Source: Cyanidioschyzon merolae
Taxonomy: Eukaryota
Strand: one strand, 5' to 3'
Length of the DNA stretch: 64,000 bases
Assembly (NCBI GenBank): GCA_000091205.1
Contig: AP006502.2
In this document: in pieces, positions 43,934 through 56,887 of the stretch
How positions within the stretch are numbered: position 1 is the stretch's first letter
Layout of the letters: every line of letters begins with the position of its first letter
Program-made: the position numbers and the translations under genes
The notes under the pieces: generated by a model
Databases searched by the model: none
Told to the model about the DNA's origin: nothing
What the model saw: the letters and a program-made list of their open reading frames with translations, nothing else

Positions 43934-44300
43934 GGTGAATCTGTGGGGTTCGCTGCGATTTACCCGCATGCGAGCGAACAACGTTGACTGGACTCATTCC
44001 TGATGCGGATTGCTTCTCTATAAGCCTGTTAAGGCGCGCACTCTCGCATTCAAGGATACGTTGCATGTTCTAAAATATGCCAAGGGAAAACAACTTGTGC
44101 CGAACGACCGAGTACGGAGGGGACAGCGCCGAATGTGCGCCGAAGCCCTCGCCTCAGCAAGTGTCTCGCTCCATCAGTTGATACGGTGAACGCACCGATA
44201 GCGTCGTCTGCACAGAATGCCACAGTTCCACAGAGGGTGAGCGCGCGCGCGTGCATCACAAGCACGCTACTGGCCAGTGTGCGGATGATTGCGTTGCGCC

Positions 44301-46631
44301 CTACCGGCCCGCTGCACTCGACACTGCACCATGATTCGAAGACGCATCCTTCTCCCTTGCAACGCTTGAGGTCGGAGCGCCCTCACGCTCCATGAATCGA
44401 ACGAGGGACTCTTGCACCCGATTTCGGGCGACTTGATGTCGTATCAGCTTCGCCCAAGCTAAGACAAGCCACGGACCAGCACAAGAGAGTGCTGTCCAAG
44501 TGCGGCGCAGATGCGTGTATACCTCGCGAAGCGTTGGCGCCAACGCATCCGTGACACGACATGCATCGACGCCTTCGATGCAATCGATGGGATCGCGCCT
44601 CACCTCGGGCTGGGAAACGTTGCGCATGAGCGCGATCAGCAGCAGGAAGCGTGTCTCCAGCGTCATCGAGTTGCTGAGTGCGTGCACGCTCCGCCAACAA
44701 CCGGTCTCAAGTGCTTTTCGGTGCATTTGGCATCGTGCTAGTGCTCGCTCTAACCGCACTGGGACACTACCGGCAGAAAGCACAAGCAAACGTTCCAAAA
44801 GCGCCTCTAGTTGTTGCCGAAGAACAGGTGCGAGCTCGGTAAGCACGAGCACGTTGCGGCTTGGTACGGCGATGAATGGCGCTAGAGCAGTCATCAGGGA
44901 TTTGCAGTGATCGTGCGAAATCATGAGCGTATTTTGCTTACAGAGGACTAGCCGGACCTGGCGGAGGCACTCGGCAGCAAGGCGCTGCTCTCGCTTGCCG
45001 TTGTCCGCTGCGTGAGCGCCTAAGATACACCGGTAGGCGAACTTGATGGTCGCTAGAAGGCATTCGTAGTCAGCAAAGCGCTCAAAAATGGACCAGTCCG
45101 AAGAGGCAGGTACCCAGGAGCCATTCGTGAGCGATTCCATGGCACTCCCGCACCGTTGCCGCCAATGCGTACGCCATGCCGTTTCTGTCAGTGTCGGGTG
45201 ACACGACATGTGCAGCAGGTGCGAGGCCGCCCCGGCTTCCACAGCAGCTGAAACCAATTCTGGCAATATCATTGCAGGGCAACAGAGCACATCTGCCAGG
45301 ATGACGGAGAGCCGTGCGAACGCACGATCGGCCTGCGAGTCGCGAGGTTTGCTCCTCCAGTGCGGTTCCAGATGGTGTTTCCATATGTTGTGTGCCCAGT
45401 GCGAAAAACGCGATGGACCTGGATTCGCAGCATCATACGCTGACGGTGCGTGCTGTCTCAGACGCTGGGAACCGTCCACACACCGGCAAAGTAGATCATA
45501 GAGCCGCCCATCGCATGTGCGATCCTCAAGCACAAAGCTCACGAGAATCCGAAACGCTTCCGAGTAAAAGTTTTGCAATAACTGAGCGGTGGAAGCAGCT
45601 TGCACTGTAGAGGAGTTCATGGACTCTTGATCTACGAAGAGTAGAACAAGCGGGGCGACCGGCGACAGCTGCTCAAGTCGCAAGGCGCACGTCCGAAACG
45701 GCTTCGTCTCGATGACGTCTCTATCAGGATCCTCGTCCATGCTCGCGTCACCCTTCGCTACCAAATAGCCCGAAGACTCGTGTCTCTGTTCCATGTATGC
45801 GAACTCGTCCAGGAGCACCGGCAACTCCGGTGTTGTTTCGATACGGCAACCTGTGTACCGCTCGCCGAAACGGTGCGCAAGTGATATCAAAAGTTCCAGC
45901 GCGTCCAGCGACGACTCCAGACTCTCCGCTTGTTGCAGATGTGACCGATGTTGCATAGCAACGCAAGTCCTCGTCGTTGCTTCTTCGTCTTGGACAAAAT
46001 CTGGGCTGCCGCCATTCAAATGGATCCATGCTTGAACCAAGGCCACGAACGTGGTCTGTTCACATAAAAGTTCGACCAGTGTCGGTCGCAAGCGTGATGG
46101 AGCCGTGTTCAGGATTCGGCACAGGAGCTGAAAACTTTCCAAACGACAGCACAGGTCAGGAAGGGCAGCAGCGCTTGCAAGGCGCAGTACGACATTTGGC
46201 AACACAGGTGAGAGGTCAAGGTCGCTACCACTACATTGTAGCATGTTTAGCACGAGCTCTCCGGCCTGCTTGCGTAGGTGCGTTCTTGTGGGCTCGGTTG
46301 CTAGAATAGTGAGCCTTTCGAAAAGTCTCAGCCAGCTGTACGGAACCGAACCGATCCGCGTGCCGCGTCTCGCGAGCGAACGGAACAACACACTCAGCTT
46401 GTCAACGGCTTCTGCTCGCAGGGTCACATAGTGACTGCTCAGTTGTTCTTCGTAGCGTTGGAGTGCTGCGAGTACGGAACCAGTGTCTTCAACTGACTTT
46501 TGGACCGGTCGACGAAGGCGCTTGCTGACCGGGTTCACTTCCGTCCACGTTGCGGGTCGTCGGGGCGGTCCTAAACCGTGTTCGTGTCTCGCAGTAGTCA
46601 TGTTGAAAGCAGCTAGCTCTGAATCAGGCAC
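44301..46631 (-). CDS. Hypothetical large Leu-rich protein (776 aa), possibly HEAT/ARM-like helical repeats
   Basis: Long uninterrupted ORF with Leu-rich alpha-helical character. No recognisable motif. Confidence 0.4.
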   Translation of the reverse strand: MPDSELAAFNMTTARHEHGLGPPRRPATWTEVNPVSKRLRRPVQKSVEDTGSVLAALQRYEEQLSSHYVTLRAEAVDKLSVLFRSLARRGTRIGSVPYSWLRLFERLTILATEPTRTHLRKQAGELVLNMLQCSGSDLDLSPVLPNVVLRLASAAALPDLCCRLESFQLLCRILNTAPSRLRPTLVELLCEQTTFVALVQAWIHLNGGSPDFVQDEEATTRTCVAMQHRSHLQQAESLESSLDALELLISLAHRFGERYTGCRIETTPELPVLLDEFAYMEQRHESSGYLVAKGDASMDEDPDRDVIETKPFRTCALRLEQLSPVAPLVLLFVDQESMNSSTVQAASTAQLLQNFYSEAFRILVSFVLEDRTCDGRLYDLLCRCVDGSQRLRQHAPSAYDAANPGPSRFSHWAHNIWKHHLEPHWRSKPRDSQADRAFARLSVILADVLCCPAMILPELVSAAVEAGAASHLLHMSCHPTLTETAWRTHWRQRCGSAMESLTNGSWVPASSDWSIFERFADYECLLATIKFAYRCILGAHAADNGKREQRLAAECLRQVRLVLCKQNTLMISHDHCKSLMTALAPFIAVPSRNVLVLTELAPVLRQQLEALLERLLVLSAGSVPVRLERALARCQMHRKALETGCWRSVHALSNSMTLETRFLLLIALMRNVSQPEVRRDPIDCIEGVDACRVTDALAPTLREVYTHLRRTWTALSCAGPWLVLAWAKLIRHQVARNRVQESLVRFMEREGAPTSSVAREKDASSNHGAVSSAAGR

Positions 46632-49600
46632 TAGAGCTCTTTATAACAACAGAAAAGACATATATGCGCGAGCATAATACCAGTTTCAGAGGGCAGAGCG
46701 CTGGATATGCTGCTGTGTTGAACGTCGCAGCGGCGGCACCGCGTCGTCGAGCATCCAGTAGCAATGATCCTGTAGAAGATTCAGGGATTCGGGCGTAGAA
46801 GCACGAAGGCCGAGGTTTCCTCAGAATCATGGCAGTCCCTTTCGGGCAATTTGAAGGCGTATTTATCTTCTGTAAGTGTTTCTCATAAGCTGCAGCATTT
46901 ACGCGAGGCTGTGCTGGAAACCTTAGTAAGAAAACGTTGTTCCGCATAGCGTCGGAAAGGCGGCTTCGTCACTGTCGCTTCCGCTTCGAGTACTTGCACT
47001 GGTAAATGGTTAAGGAGCTCCACTGCACGTGATGTAAGAATTCGATAGCATCCAGAAGGACACCCCAAAGGTGAGCAGTCAATGCACGTCACAGGGGCGG
47101 TCGCTTCGTACCTGCTTCACTATGAGCCGTATAGGAAGCGCTGCATCCCCGTGTGTATCCAACGGCGCTCGTTCGCGTTTCAGCTCGTGAGACAGTGTTC
47201 AAAGTGAGATCATAGTGCCAGCTGCATCGGTTGCTGGTTCGCCCCGGACAGTATTTTCCCGGCCAAGGTTTCCTGGTTGTTGTTTGCTAATGGTGACGCT
47301 TTTCGTAGCCAATCCCTCCCCGTGCCCTGTATGAACAAGGTACACGATACTGGCTGCCTGGTTCGCTGGAGAAAACCTGCTCAGGCTTGTGCAAGACAAG
47401 GGGCAAGAATAGAAATAAATGAACATCTTGCGATCAAAGAAGCTTTTCTAGGTGTGCATGGTTCCTCTCCGATACCGATCGTCAGAAAACCCGAAAAAGA
47501 AGAATACCATAATCGTTTACCAGACGCCCAAGGTATATATATATATACGCGACGCTCCGGCCTTTCGGAATTGCGGAACGCTACCACGCCAGGGCTATTC
47601 AGAGGACGGGAATCCTATTCCATTTTTCCTGACCACTGTTCTCCTTCCTTCGGAACGCTTCCGCATTTCGGCGCAATGTCCTCATTGAATTCTACTACGA
47701 TGGCCCCGAAAGTTTGCTCGACACAATGCCGCTGGACGTTCTGCAGGTAAGTGAAATTTCTGAATGCTCACCGAGGCGCTCAAGTCTCGGTGCGGAACGT
47801 GCTTGCGCACACTGTCGCTGGTGTGATTTCACCACAGCAGGCGTCGCGTCTTCGACTGCATCGCCATCTGGCGTTGGGTCAACGTAGCGTCAACCATCCT
47901 CTTGCATACGACTCTGTTTCATGCTCTACATCTGTATTTGTTTCAGCGTGCTCCCGTGCTCCCGATACGTTTTTGTGGTCCCGGAAGCATCGACGGGGAT
48001 CGCACGGCATCGATGCTTGCCCACGATGGACGCTCTTGTCGATAGAGCAGGCGTGCAGCCATTGCGCGCTGCAGCATCTCCACCGTCATAGTTTACCACC
48101 GAATGACGCGTCTTGACTGTTATTTGCTTTCTCAACACGTTGAAGAACACAGCGACTGCATGCTTCTTGCGTTTGCACAACCGATACCGTTTGCGACCCC
48201 AGCGCTATCTAACGTTCTGCTGCCGAGGCTTGTCCGTGTACGAAACTTGGGCGCCCATGAACTCTCTCAAGCGCAGAATCCCTTCAATCAGTTGCCGTTT
48301 TTCTGCACCAGTGAGGTGAAGGTGCAACGCCTATGGGATGCGCCACGTGAAGCGCTCGAGAATGACCCAAATACGTTTTTGATTGTTGAAGTTAGTCTGA
48401 TTACTTTTGGCACCTGCGGTGCAGATGTTCCGTTCGCAGTCGTTCCGCGGCGCCGCGTTATGGTATTCTAGAAAGCGTGTGTACAAATCTAGGATCCTAA
48501 AATCGGACCGCGGTTTGTCTTGTATCCCAAGCATTCGTTGTGTTGGCCCACGAAGATATGATCAAAGCATTCCTGTGCATCGATGGCGACTAACAGCTCT
48601 CTGTCCGGAACTCATTCGAATTGTTTTTTGGCGAGGCGCATCAAGGCCAGGGAAGCTAGTCGGACTTCCTCGGAGTAATACGCTACGCGATCCGGTATGG
48701 TGTCCAGCATCTCTGTCCCTTTGGTGGAGCCTCCCCGTTGATGAATCCCTGTTCGGAGGCCCTGACACGGGTTGCAGACGGGTCGCTACAGTCAGACAGG
48801 TTCTTCTTCCTATCCCGCGTCGTCTTAGTTTTTCAAGGATCTTTATGTTCTTTCTCCGGTGGTTTCTTCGCGCTCTTCCCAACATGGTAGAGTCTCATTG
48901 GATATGGTCGCTATCCTCCATACCCGTTTTCCTACGGATGCAGATGCGCTGGTTAGATTATTGCACTGAAACTCGTTTTGGGTATGCAAGCATCTACAAG
49001 TGCTCCAGTGCCTTTTCGTCACTCTCTCTGTCGCGAACACGCGCGTGGACAGAAACGCCTTTGCGCTCTGTTACGTGCACAAGCAGAAAAGTTAGAGACA
49101 AGTTCAGGGCTGGTGAAGGCAGAGAACGGCAAGTCGAAGAACGGCACCACGGACACGATCGATTTGTCCATTCGCCCGTGTGCTTGAGACGAGGTTTCTA
49201 AAGCAGAGAAGACGCCTGCGTATCTGTTAGACCCTAAAGAATAGGTTTGGACAAAGATCACCGCATTACCAATTTCAGATGCGTATTCCCTGATGAATTT
49301 TAAGTGCCAGAGAATGACAATTCCCATGCGCAGGACAAAAGCACGGAGCTAGGAGGAGCGAAGCATAAGATGTTTAACGATCTCGCCCGTTTGGCGATTT
49401 ACACAGCGAACACATCATTGAATCGCCGCTCATGCTGATATTGCCGTCCTTCGCGTTTGTCTCCTCTTTATGAACAGCGGCATATGGGTACTCTTTGAGC
49501 ATGCATGTACAGGGGGTCTACGATTCCTCCCGAATGGCGTTTCACCCAGTGAGAGGAACACTCGTGTCTCCCCGTGGCGAGCATTCGCGTTTCAGTACCA

Positions 49601-50367
49601 CGTCGATCGCGTGTTACTCAACACGCGCGACGGTTTCCCATGGATTGCTTCTTTTCCCTTGTTCATACGAGTCACTTCGTTGCGGTTCGCAGCAGCGGTA
49701 CGGAAATTTCACATCGAGTGACGTATTGTGTAGTATTGCTTACAGAGCGAATCGAGTGAATGAATCGACAAAGAGGCAGTCGTTTAGACAAATTTTTTAC
49801 GAGTTTCGTTTCGGAAGCAATACATTACGAATTCAGTCTGTGAGAACGGTTGTTTCCCTATCTGCTAACCGTTGAATGGCTGACTCGTACGAGTACAGCT
49901 CTTTCCCGTGAGCTAGCAACGAAATCATTTAGACTTGACACTATGCATCACGAATCTGCGTATTGCAATCCTTTTGTTGAATACTCGCGAAAAAAACAAA
50001 CAACAATGAAAACGGCGCGTTCGAACAGGTGTTCCATCATTCACAGTTTTGAGTACGCTACTGCAGCAAAGGCGCATGTTCGAACGTCTAGTCCCGAGGT
50101 GCACGTTCGGTGCTGTTCGCACGAATTCCAGCGCAACCGAAGAGCCACACGAAAGAAGCAACGCATGCTCCATGAGCCGCCTTGGTATGCAGGCTCTCGC
50201 CAACTGATGCACCGTCAGACTATGGCCGGCATTGACGCTGCCATGAGTCGTAGCTGTTCAAGGCGCTTGGCGGGAACGAGGCTGCGATGCGTGCGCATCA
50301 AGTCCGTGCATTCACGCGCAACGTCGCATGTATTCGTTGACCTGCGTGCTGCTGCGAACTTTCCCAG

Positions 50368-51816
50368 ATGGAGCAAGAAAACGCGGAAGAGCGCTTGATT
50401 AACGAAGAATACAAAATATGGAAAAAGAACACTCCGTTTCTCTATGATCTGGTGCTGACAAAGGCACTAGAATGGCCTTCTTTGACAGTGGAATGGCTTC
50501 CAGAGCGTCGGCTCGCTGAAGGGCACTCCAGCGTCCTCGCGAACCTGTTGCTTGGCACCCACACCTCCGATGCTGAGCAGAACTATCTCATGGTAGCAGA
50601 AGTCAGGCTTCCGTACTATGAGGGTGCGTCCGAGAACGCGCCGGCTCCGGGTGCTCCTGGAGCAGGAGCCGGAAAGGAGGCAGAGGCTAGCGGCTGCGAA
50701 GACACCCTGCTCAGCCGAATCGAAATTCGACAGAAGATCAACCACGATGGAGAAGTCAATCGCGCTCGCTACTGGCCGAAGAATCCCTTCATAGTGGCGA
50801 CCAAGTCACCATCGAGCGCCGTGTACTTGTATGACCTTTCAAAGCATCCGAGTAAGCCGCCTACCGACAGCCGCATTGAAGCGCAGGCGATTCTAACTGG
50901 TCATCAGCGGGAGGGTTTCGGCCTTGCTTGGTCGCCCGACGATCGAGGGAACCTCTTGTCATGCGCCGATGATATGCTCATTTGCCAGTATGACGTTCGG
51001 GCCGTCCTGGCTGGTGAGGTCGCCTCCGGCAATGGCACCGCTCCGACGCGATCGTCATCCGAACGTGTGTCAAACTGGGGTGGTCCGCCTCAGTACGGCC
51101 CGCTGAGAGTCTACACTGGCCACAAGGCCGTTGTGGAAGATGTAGCCTGGTGCATGCACAACGCCCATATGTTCGTGTCTGCCGGTGACGACCGCCAGAT
51201 CATGCTCTGGGATACGCGAGAGACGAGTTCGAGTCGAGCAGCTGCGACCTTTGAGGCCCACAAGGCTGAAGTCAATTGTGTCGCTTTCAGTCCTTTCAAC
51301 GCAAATTTGCTCGCTTCGGGATCCAGCGACTCTACGGTAGCTTTATGGGACATTCGATATCTGAAAATGAAAATACACTCATTTGAAGCGCATTCAGATG
51401 CTGTTCAACAGCTTGTGTGGTCACCGACTGAGGAAACGATTCTAGCCTCTGCAGCTGCGGACCGTAGGCTCATGATATGGGATCTTAGTCGAATCGGACA
51501 GGAGCAGTCCCCTGAAGACGCCGAAGATGGACCACCCGAGCTTTTATTTGTCCATGGTGGACATACTGCAAAGATAAGCGATTTCGGTTGGAGCCAGAAT
51601 GATCCGTGGCTCATCGCATCTGTTGCAGAAGATAACATATTGCAAGTTTGGCAAGTTGGTGAACATATCTACGCAGACGAGGACGAGGAGGACGAAGACG
51701 GCGCTGAAATCGAGTCTGAAAGCGATCCGGTGGGTGCACGTGACACTCCTGCTCATGGAGCCGAACGCTCGGATCTTGCTCCTGACGATGACGTGGACGC
51801 TGCGTTGTTGGAATGA
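50368..51816 (+). CDS. WD40 histone-binding protein RbAp48/RBBP4/MSI1 family (CAF-1 subunit C-like)
   Basis: 'EEYKIWKKNTPFLYDLVLTKALEWPSLTVEWLP', 'KINHDGEVNRARYWPKNPFIVATK', 'GHQREGFGLAWSP', 'VEDVAWCMHNAHMFVSAGDDRQIMLWDTR', 'VALWDIRYLKMKIHSFEAHSDAVQQLVWSP', 'HGGHTAKISDFGWSQNDPWLIASVAEDNILQVWQ'; acidic C-terminal tail. Confidence 0.9.
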   Translation: MEQENAEERLINEEYKIWKKNTPFLYDLVLTKALEWPSLTVEWLPERRLAEGHSSVLANLLLGTHTSDAEQNYLMVAEVRLPYYEGASENAPAPGAPGAGAGKEAEASGCEDTLLSRIEIRQKINHDGEVNRARYWPKNPFIVATKSPSSAVYLYDLSKHPSKPPTDSRIEAQAILTGHQREGFGLAWSPDDRGNLLSCADDMLICQYDVRAVLAGEVASGNGTAPTRSSSERVSNWGGPPQYGPLRVYTGHKAVVEDVAWCMHNAHMFVSAGDDRQIMLWDTRETSSSRAAATFEAHKAEVNCVAFSPFNANLLASGSSDSTVALWDIRYLKMKIHSFEAHSDAVQQLVWSPTEETILASAAADRRLMIWDLSRIGQEQSPEDAEDGPPELLFVHGGHTAKISDFGWSQNDPWLIASVAEDNILQVWQVGEHIYADEDEEDEDGAEIESESDPVGARDTPAHGAERSDLAPDDDVDAALLE

Positions 51817-53913
51817 GCCAAGCGCTGCTTGCGAGCCCACAGAGCATGACGCAGGCGAGCATGCAAAGCGTAATGTTGACGGCGCGCTTGCGGATCACGC
51901 ACTAGGTCCGTATTAGATTCAAGTGGAGCATTGCACTGCTCGCTCTGGTCCTGCCTTGCGACTTTTCTCGAACATTTCTGTATACGCACCGCCTCGATAT
52001 TCGTATTCTAAACATAGGGGCGTAGGGATTCATACATCGTTTTAGGATTCTCGGTCGTCTATTCGGGGTTACGCTTTCGACGTTCGGTCGCTGAAATGCG
52101 GTGCATTACCAGAATCAGGATAGTTCGCGAAGCGCTCCAGCAAGGTTTCCCAGAATCACCTCCATCATCAGCTATTGCATACGCGCAAGCTTCCACGCAT
52201 CTCCTTTGCAAGCGTATCGCGTGCTCCAATCCTGCATTCTCCAACGTTTCGATCTTTCTGCTTCAAGGTAATTCGTGGATGCAGCAGTTCACGTCAATAG
52301 ATCGGCGAGGAAAACCACTGGACGTCGTCCCATGACGACTTGCTCACTAGCTCATGCCAAACGTTCACTGGACTGCTCACGTCCATTCCTCGGCCCGTTC
52401 CAAAGACAAGTCCTGTTCTCATTGTGGAGAACGACGAGACGAGATTCGGCAATAGCAGCACACGGCTCATAGCGTACGCTCCCAGAAGCTCTCGTCTCTG
52501 CTGTTCACATCGCGAAGCGTCCTGGACTCGCACTTGAGTCGAGACAGGGACCGCCTCTCACAGAGCAAGCGTCAACAATCTGCGTGAACGGAGCATAGGC
52601 GAAACGGAGTTTATCAACTTGGTCTCCAATCCGGAGTGTCTCTCCGACACCTGCTTCATCACGGACGTCGTGGCGTTCCACGTGTCCTGCATCGAACGGA
52701 GCAACGTGCGCTTCCAAGCGCAGCGTACAGGGTACTCGCGCATGGAATCGTTCAGAAGAACCCCGTCATCGCGTGGCACCGCACAGGGCGCAGGAACCGT
52801 GCAGACCGTTGGGCCAATGCTTCTATACCCGTCAAGGGCGTGTACCGTGCTAAGAGGGCAGCGTGCACGCGCCACAGGGTCTGTCTCGAAGGCGCGTTGA
52901 TTATCGACACCGAGAAATATCTGACTCTAGTGGCTGCATCACCGCTGCGAAGGACGCACCGAGGCCATATTCGCAAGCGTGACAATGGCACCCGCTGCGT
53001 AGATTGCAACTACGACCGCCTGCGCATGCCTTGCACGAACAATAGCCGAAAGCAGCGAAATCCTGACTTTCATGCTGCCGCCGACACCCTTTGACTACGC
53101 ACAACGCAGTGTGAGGAAAAGGAAAGATCGGCGTGTGTAAAACCGGAGCTCGAAAGAGAGCAAAGAGAAGCGGGTGCTGGGGAAAGCGCGCAAAGACTGT
53201 TCTTGATGGCAGAGGCACGAGTTCCAGATTTCCACGTGAACTCCGAGTCAGCGATGAAGGACTCCTTTCCATTGTACGCTGATAGGCGTTGAAAGACGTG
53301 TCTGGGTTACGTTCTCGTGGCGTTGGTTTCGGGGAATGCACAACAAATTATTCGCTGTCATTGGTTATCGATTTCGTTCAATTTACAGATCTCGTCCGAT
53401 TTTCACGTAATTCGGAAACAAAACCCTTGGCTTGCATGGGAAACACTTGCGCGTTTACGTCCGAGGTGCCTCATCGGAAGCAGAGTCCTGCAACCAGCTC
53501 GAGCTGGTTGAAAAACATATCATTTTCGTTCCTCGCATGTTCGTTGCGCTCTTACCATGCATAAACCGAGGCGCAAATCTGGAGGCTCTACTAGAATCAC
53601 AACCTCCACTGACAAACGTTTGAGGGCGAATGCATCACGCGATGCAGCACTTGGCGAGGCGTTGCACTAGTCCAAGCAAGTTTGGTCCAACACGGAAAAA
53701 CAAAGTCCGAGCCTATTCCCATGTTCACATTCCGTGTCGCAGCTTACAAATGGCATCCATTCCATTACTTGCCTGTTGATCTGTTCCGGTCGCAAGTCCA
53801 CTGGCGATGCGAACGCGAGCCATGCGAATACTGCCCCCGGTGTGCGTCTCGCAGCAGATGGTGCTCGCGTACGAAAACGCGACCCGACAGCGATGTGTTT
53901 GGGACACGCTCCA

Positions 53914-55470
53914 TCACGAGGAATCTTCTTTTCCGGGAGAGCGATGCTTGGATATGCAGTTCCCGAATTGCTCTTGAATCTGTAATACTAGTGCATATGC
54001 CTGTTTGCGTTGAATGTTTGGGATGGAACGTGCTACGCAGCGAGCCACTGCCGATGCCGGAAGACCCTCTTGCAATAATGCCGTTATGAAGGTAACCACG
54101 TGAACCCGCTCCATACGAGCGTCGATGGAATGCGGAGCCGCTGCGGACGCTTCGACAACGGGCACCACATCCTGGTCTTCTGTGCAAAAGTGCAGAGCAT
54201 GGGGCGGGTCCTCCGGCCTTGAAGGCGGTCCGAGCACCAGACAGTATTCGCCTCGCGGCTCTCGCTGTTCCAGGTACGCGGCAGCTTCACGAAGTAAGCC
54301 CCGATAAACCTCCTCGTGCACTTTGGTCAACTCTCTTGCGATGCAGATCTGCAGTGATGCGTCCGGAGGTTGCACCGTTGTTGCTTCCGCTGCTGTTACA
54401 TGGACGCTTCGGGCTGCCAACGCAAGATCATGAACGGTTTCGCGTAACCGATGCGGTGCTTCATAGAGAATGACCGGGCGATACCACGCTTCGCGAATGA
54501 TGGTCTCCATCAGCTGCGTTCGCTTTTGACGCCAGCGGCTATGACCAGAGGAGCGATGCGGTAAAAACCCGTAGAAAGAAAAACTGTTGCCGAGCAGCGC
54601 CGCCCAGTCTTCAGCGCTCACTGGACCGCTGTTCGGCGTGCTGAGAAAGCCACTGATCGTCAGTGCCGCCAGAGCTGCGCAAGGACCCGGAACACTCACT
54701 ACCGGTATATTGCGCTGGATTGCCTCGCGAACCAGCTGGGTCCCAGGGTCAGCAACCAGGGGCGTGCCTGCATCGCACACCAAAGCAACGGCAGCGCGAC
54801 GCTCTTGCAGTTCGCTGAGCAGAAACGGAACTTGCTCTCGCCAGTTATGCTCATGGTGCGCCACCTGCTTCCGCATCGAGATACCATAGTGGCTCAGGAG
54901 CTTGCCGGTATGCCGGGTGTCCTCCGCCGCTATCCAGTCCGCCTGACGAAGTATCGCGAGCGCCCGAAAGCTCAGGTCGCCGAGGTTGCCAATTGGCGTT
55001 GCAACAACGTAGAGACGACCTCGCTCAACTGCCGGCAGCTGCAGAAACTTGTCTACCTGGTTGGAGCCGGGCACCGACTCCGCAGAGCCAGAAGTCCCGT
55101 TCACTTCCAGATCAGCAGCGCACGTTGTTAAACAGCGTTTGACACGCCATGTTCCCGGTTCCACAGCAGGACCTCGTGCTGTTGCTCGGTTAAGAGACGG
55201 CAGCGTTCGCAGGAAAAGCGCCAATGATCCAGAAACGCCTCGAATGAAGAGGCAACCAGCGCGCCAGGAAGCTTGCCGTGAACGTCTCTCCCCGAAATAG
55301 TCCGCGCTTCCGGGAAGAACACAGCCACGTGCCGGTCGAGGCGGTGACAGTACCCGCATACACGCTGCGGGGCTCGCAACCGTAGACTGCAGGAACCGGA
55401 TACAAGATTGCGATACTGTGATGTTGTCGAAACGATAGATTGGAGTGTAGAGTCGCCCGTTATTCGCCAC
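53914..55470 (-). CDS. RsmI-like tetrapyrrole (corrin/porphyrin)-family methyltransferase (16S rRNA C1402 2'-O-methyltransferase homologue) with ~150 aa N-terminal and ~90 aa C-terminal extensions
   Basis: 'GRLYVVATPIGNLGDLSFRALAILRQADWIAAEDTRHTGKLLSHYGI' and 'LVCDAGTPLVADPG...AALAALTISGF' match the RsmI N-terminal and central motifs. The N-terminus is S/R-rich, presequence-like. Confidence 0.75.
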   Translation of the reverse strand: MANNGRLYTPIYRFDNITVSQSCIRFLQSTVASPAACMRVLSPPRPARGCVLPGSADYFGERRSRQASWRAGCLFIRGVSGSLALFLRTLPSLNRATARGPAVEPGTWRVKRCLTTCAADLEVNGTSGSAESVPGSNQVDKFLQLPAVERGRLYVVATPIGNLGDLSFRALAILRQADWIAAEDTRHTGKLLSHYGISMRKQVAHHEHNWREQVPFLLSELQERRAAVALVCDAGTPLVADPGTQLVREAIQRNIPVVSVPGPCAALAALTISGFLSTPNSGPVSAEDWAALLGNSFSFYGFLPHRSSGHSRWRQKRTQLMETIIREAWYRPVILYEAPHRLRETVHDLALAARSVHVTAAEATTVQPPDASLQICIARELTKVHEEVYRGLLREAAAYLEQREPRGEYCLVLGPPSRPEDPPHALHFCTEDQDVVPVVEASAAAPHSIDARMERVHVVTFITALLQEGLPASAVARCVARSIPNIQRKQAYALVLQIQEQFGNCISKHRSPGKEDSS

Positions 55471-56887
55471 GTCCCGTACAAGTAGAGGAGCGTAAATGTT
55501 TTACGACAATGTAGGGTAAAATCCGTATCCACACGCAGACGCCTCTCAGCCGTTTGGACTGGCGGCTTACTGGGGGCTTCAGCTTCTATTCCTGGAACTC
55601 GTGCACTCAGTTCCGTATGGTGCTGTGGCAGCTCTCCATACCTTTCAATTGTCGGTGGGCTCCGCTTCCTCCTCTCCATCAAGGCCTTCTGAACTATACA
55701 CCACAGCTCAGCTCTTGGATGTTCAGTTCTTTAAAATGAACGCACTTGTTTATGGCCCTACTAGAAGACCTTTCGGGAGGGAAAGGACCTGCGGAAGAAA
55801 GAGGAAACGCTCCTTTGTGTGCTACCGTGAGCAGAAAGCTTCAGCGACTGTCCCAGTGGAGCGATGATTATGTTTCACAACTGAAAACGCTGTTTTGATC
55901 GGGTTGAACTGCGGAGTCTACGGCGGACTGAAAATCAGATTTACCCGATAGAATCAGCAAAATCTCAAACGCAACGGGAATCCTGAAATGCCACATTATC
56001 GAATAGAAGGACGTCACCAGATGTCAGGCGAAAAGTCTTTCATGATTCGGCAAAGTGTTTGGAGCTGTTGTATGAACCTTCTCTACGCGCGAATCAGCGG
56101 CTGCCACTTGAATTCCCAGCAGCCAGAACAGATGATGATGTCGTTGCTCTCTTCGGGCTCGTTTGCACATGAAACGAGCTCCCTCTTCACGAATACCCAT
56201 CAACGCTCCGATCGTCTCGTCCGAAGGACGTCCCATCGACTGAAAAACGAACCTAGGTTCCTGTGCCTCACACCGATCGCGACGTTTCGGGAAAGCTGTT
56301 GTTGCGACTTCTATGGAAGATGGTGGTGCGTGGAGCTGCACATTTTCTGGCGACTGGATCCCAGCGTTTTCAGGACAATGCGAACAAGCTGTTGAGATGC
56401 AGTCACGCCCGTGGTGGCTGTTATCGTTACTTTTGCTCTCCGTCAGGTGATCAACGAGTCGTCTTATAGCATTGACCGCTAGCAGTCTATGACAATACCA
56501 GGATTTTGACACGGAGCACATCTACTTGTTTCCTTCTTTCAGTATTCCTCAATCATCAGAGTCGTGTGGTATGACTTACCTGAAGGAGGCATGCAGCGCT
56601 CCTTGCACTGTTCGATAAAGCATCTATCCTACACGTAATTGCTCTACGATCTATTCGGTGCGTTGCACAGCGATTCTGATCGATTATGATGCACTGCAGC
56701 GTACGTGAAACATAATTGAGTTGAGCGTCCCTACTATAACTTTTGTCAATATTGTTCTCATTGCCATCTAGTGTAGGATTGCTGTCGGCAATCAGGTATG
56801 AGCGCTACAGCGAGATGCCGCGGTGCGACCTCGGACGAGTCGCGATGTCCGCGGCGACGACTTTGATCTAGATTGCCCTTCTAATCT

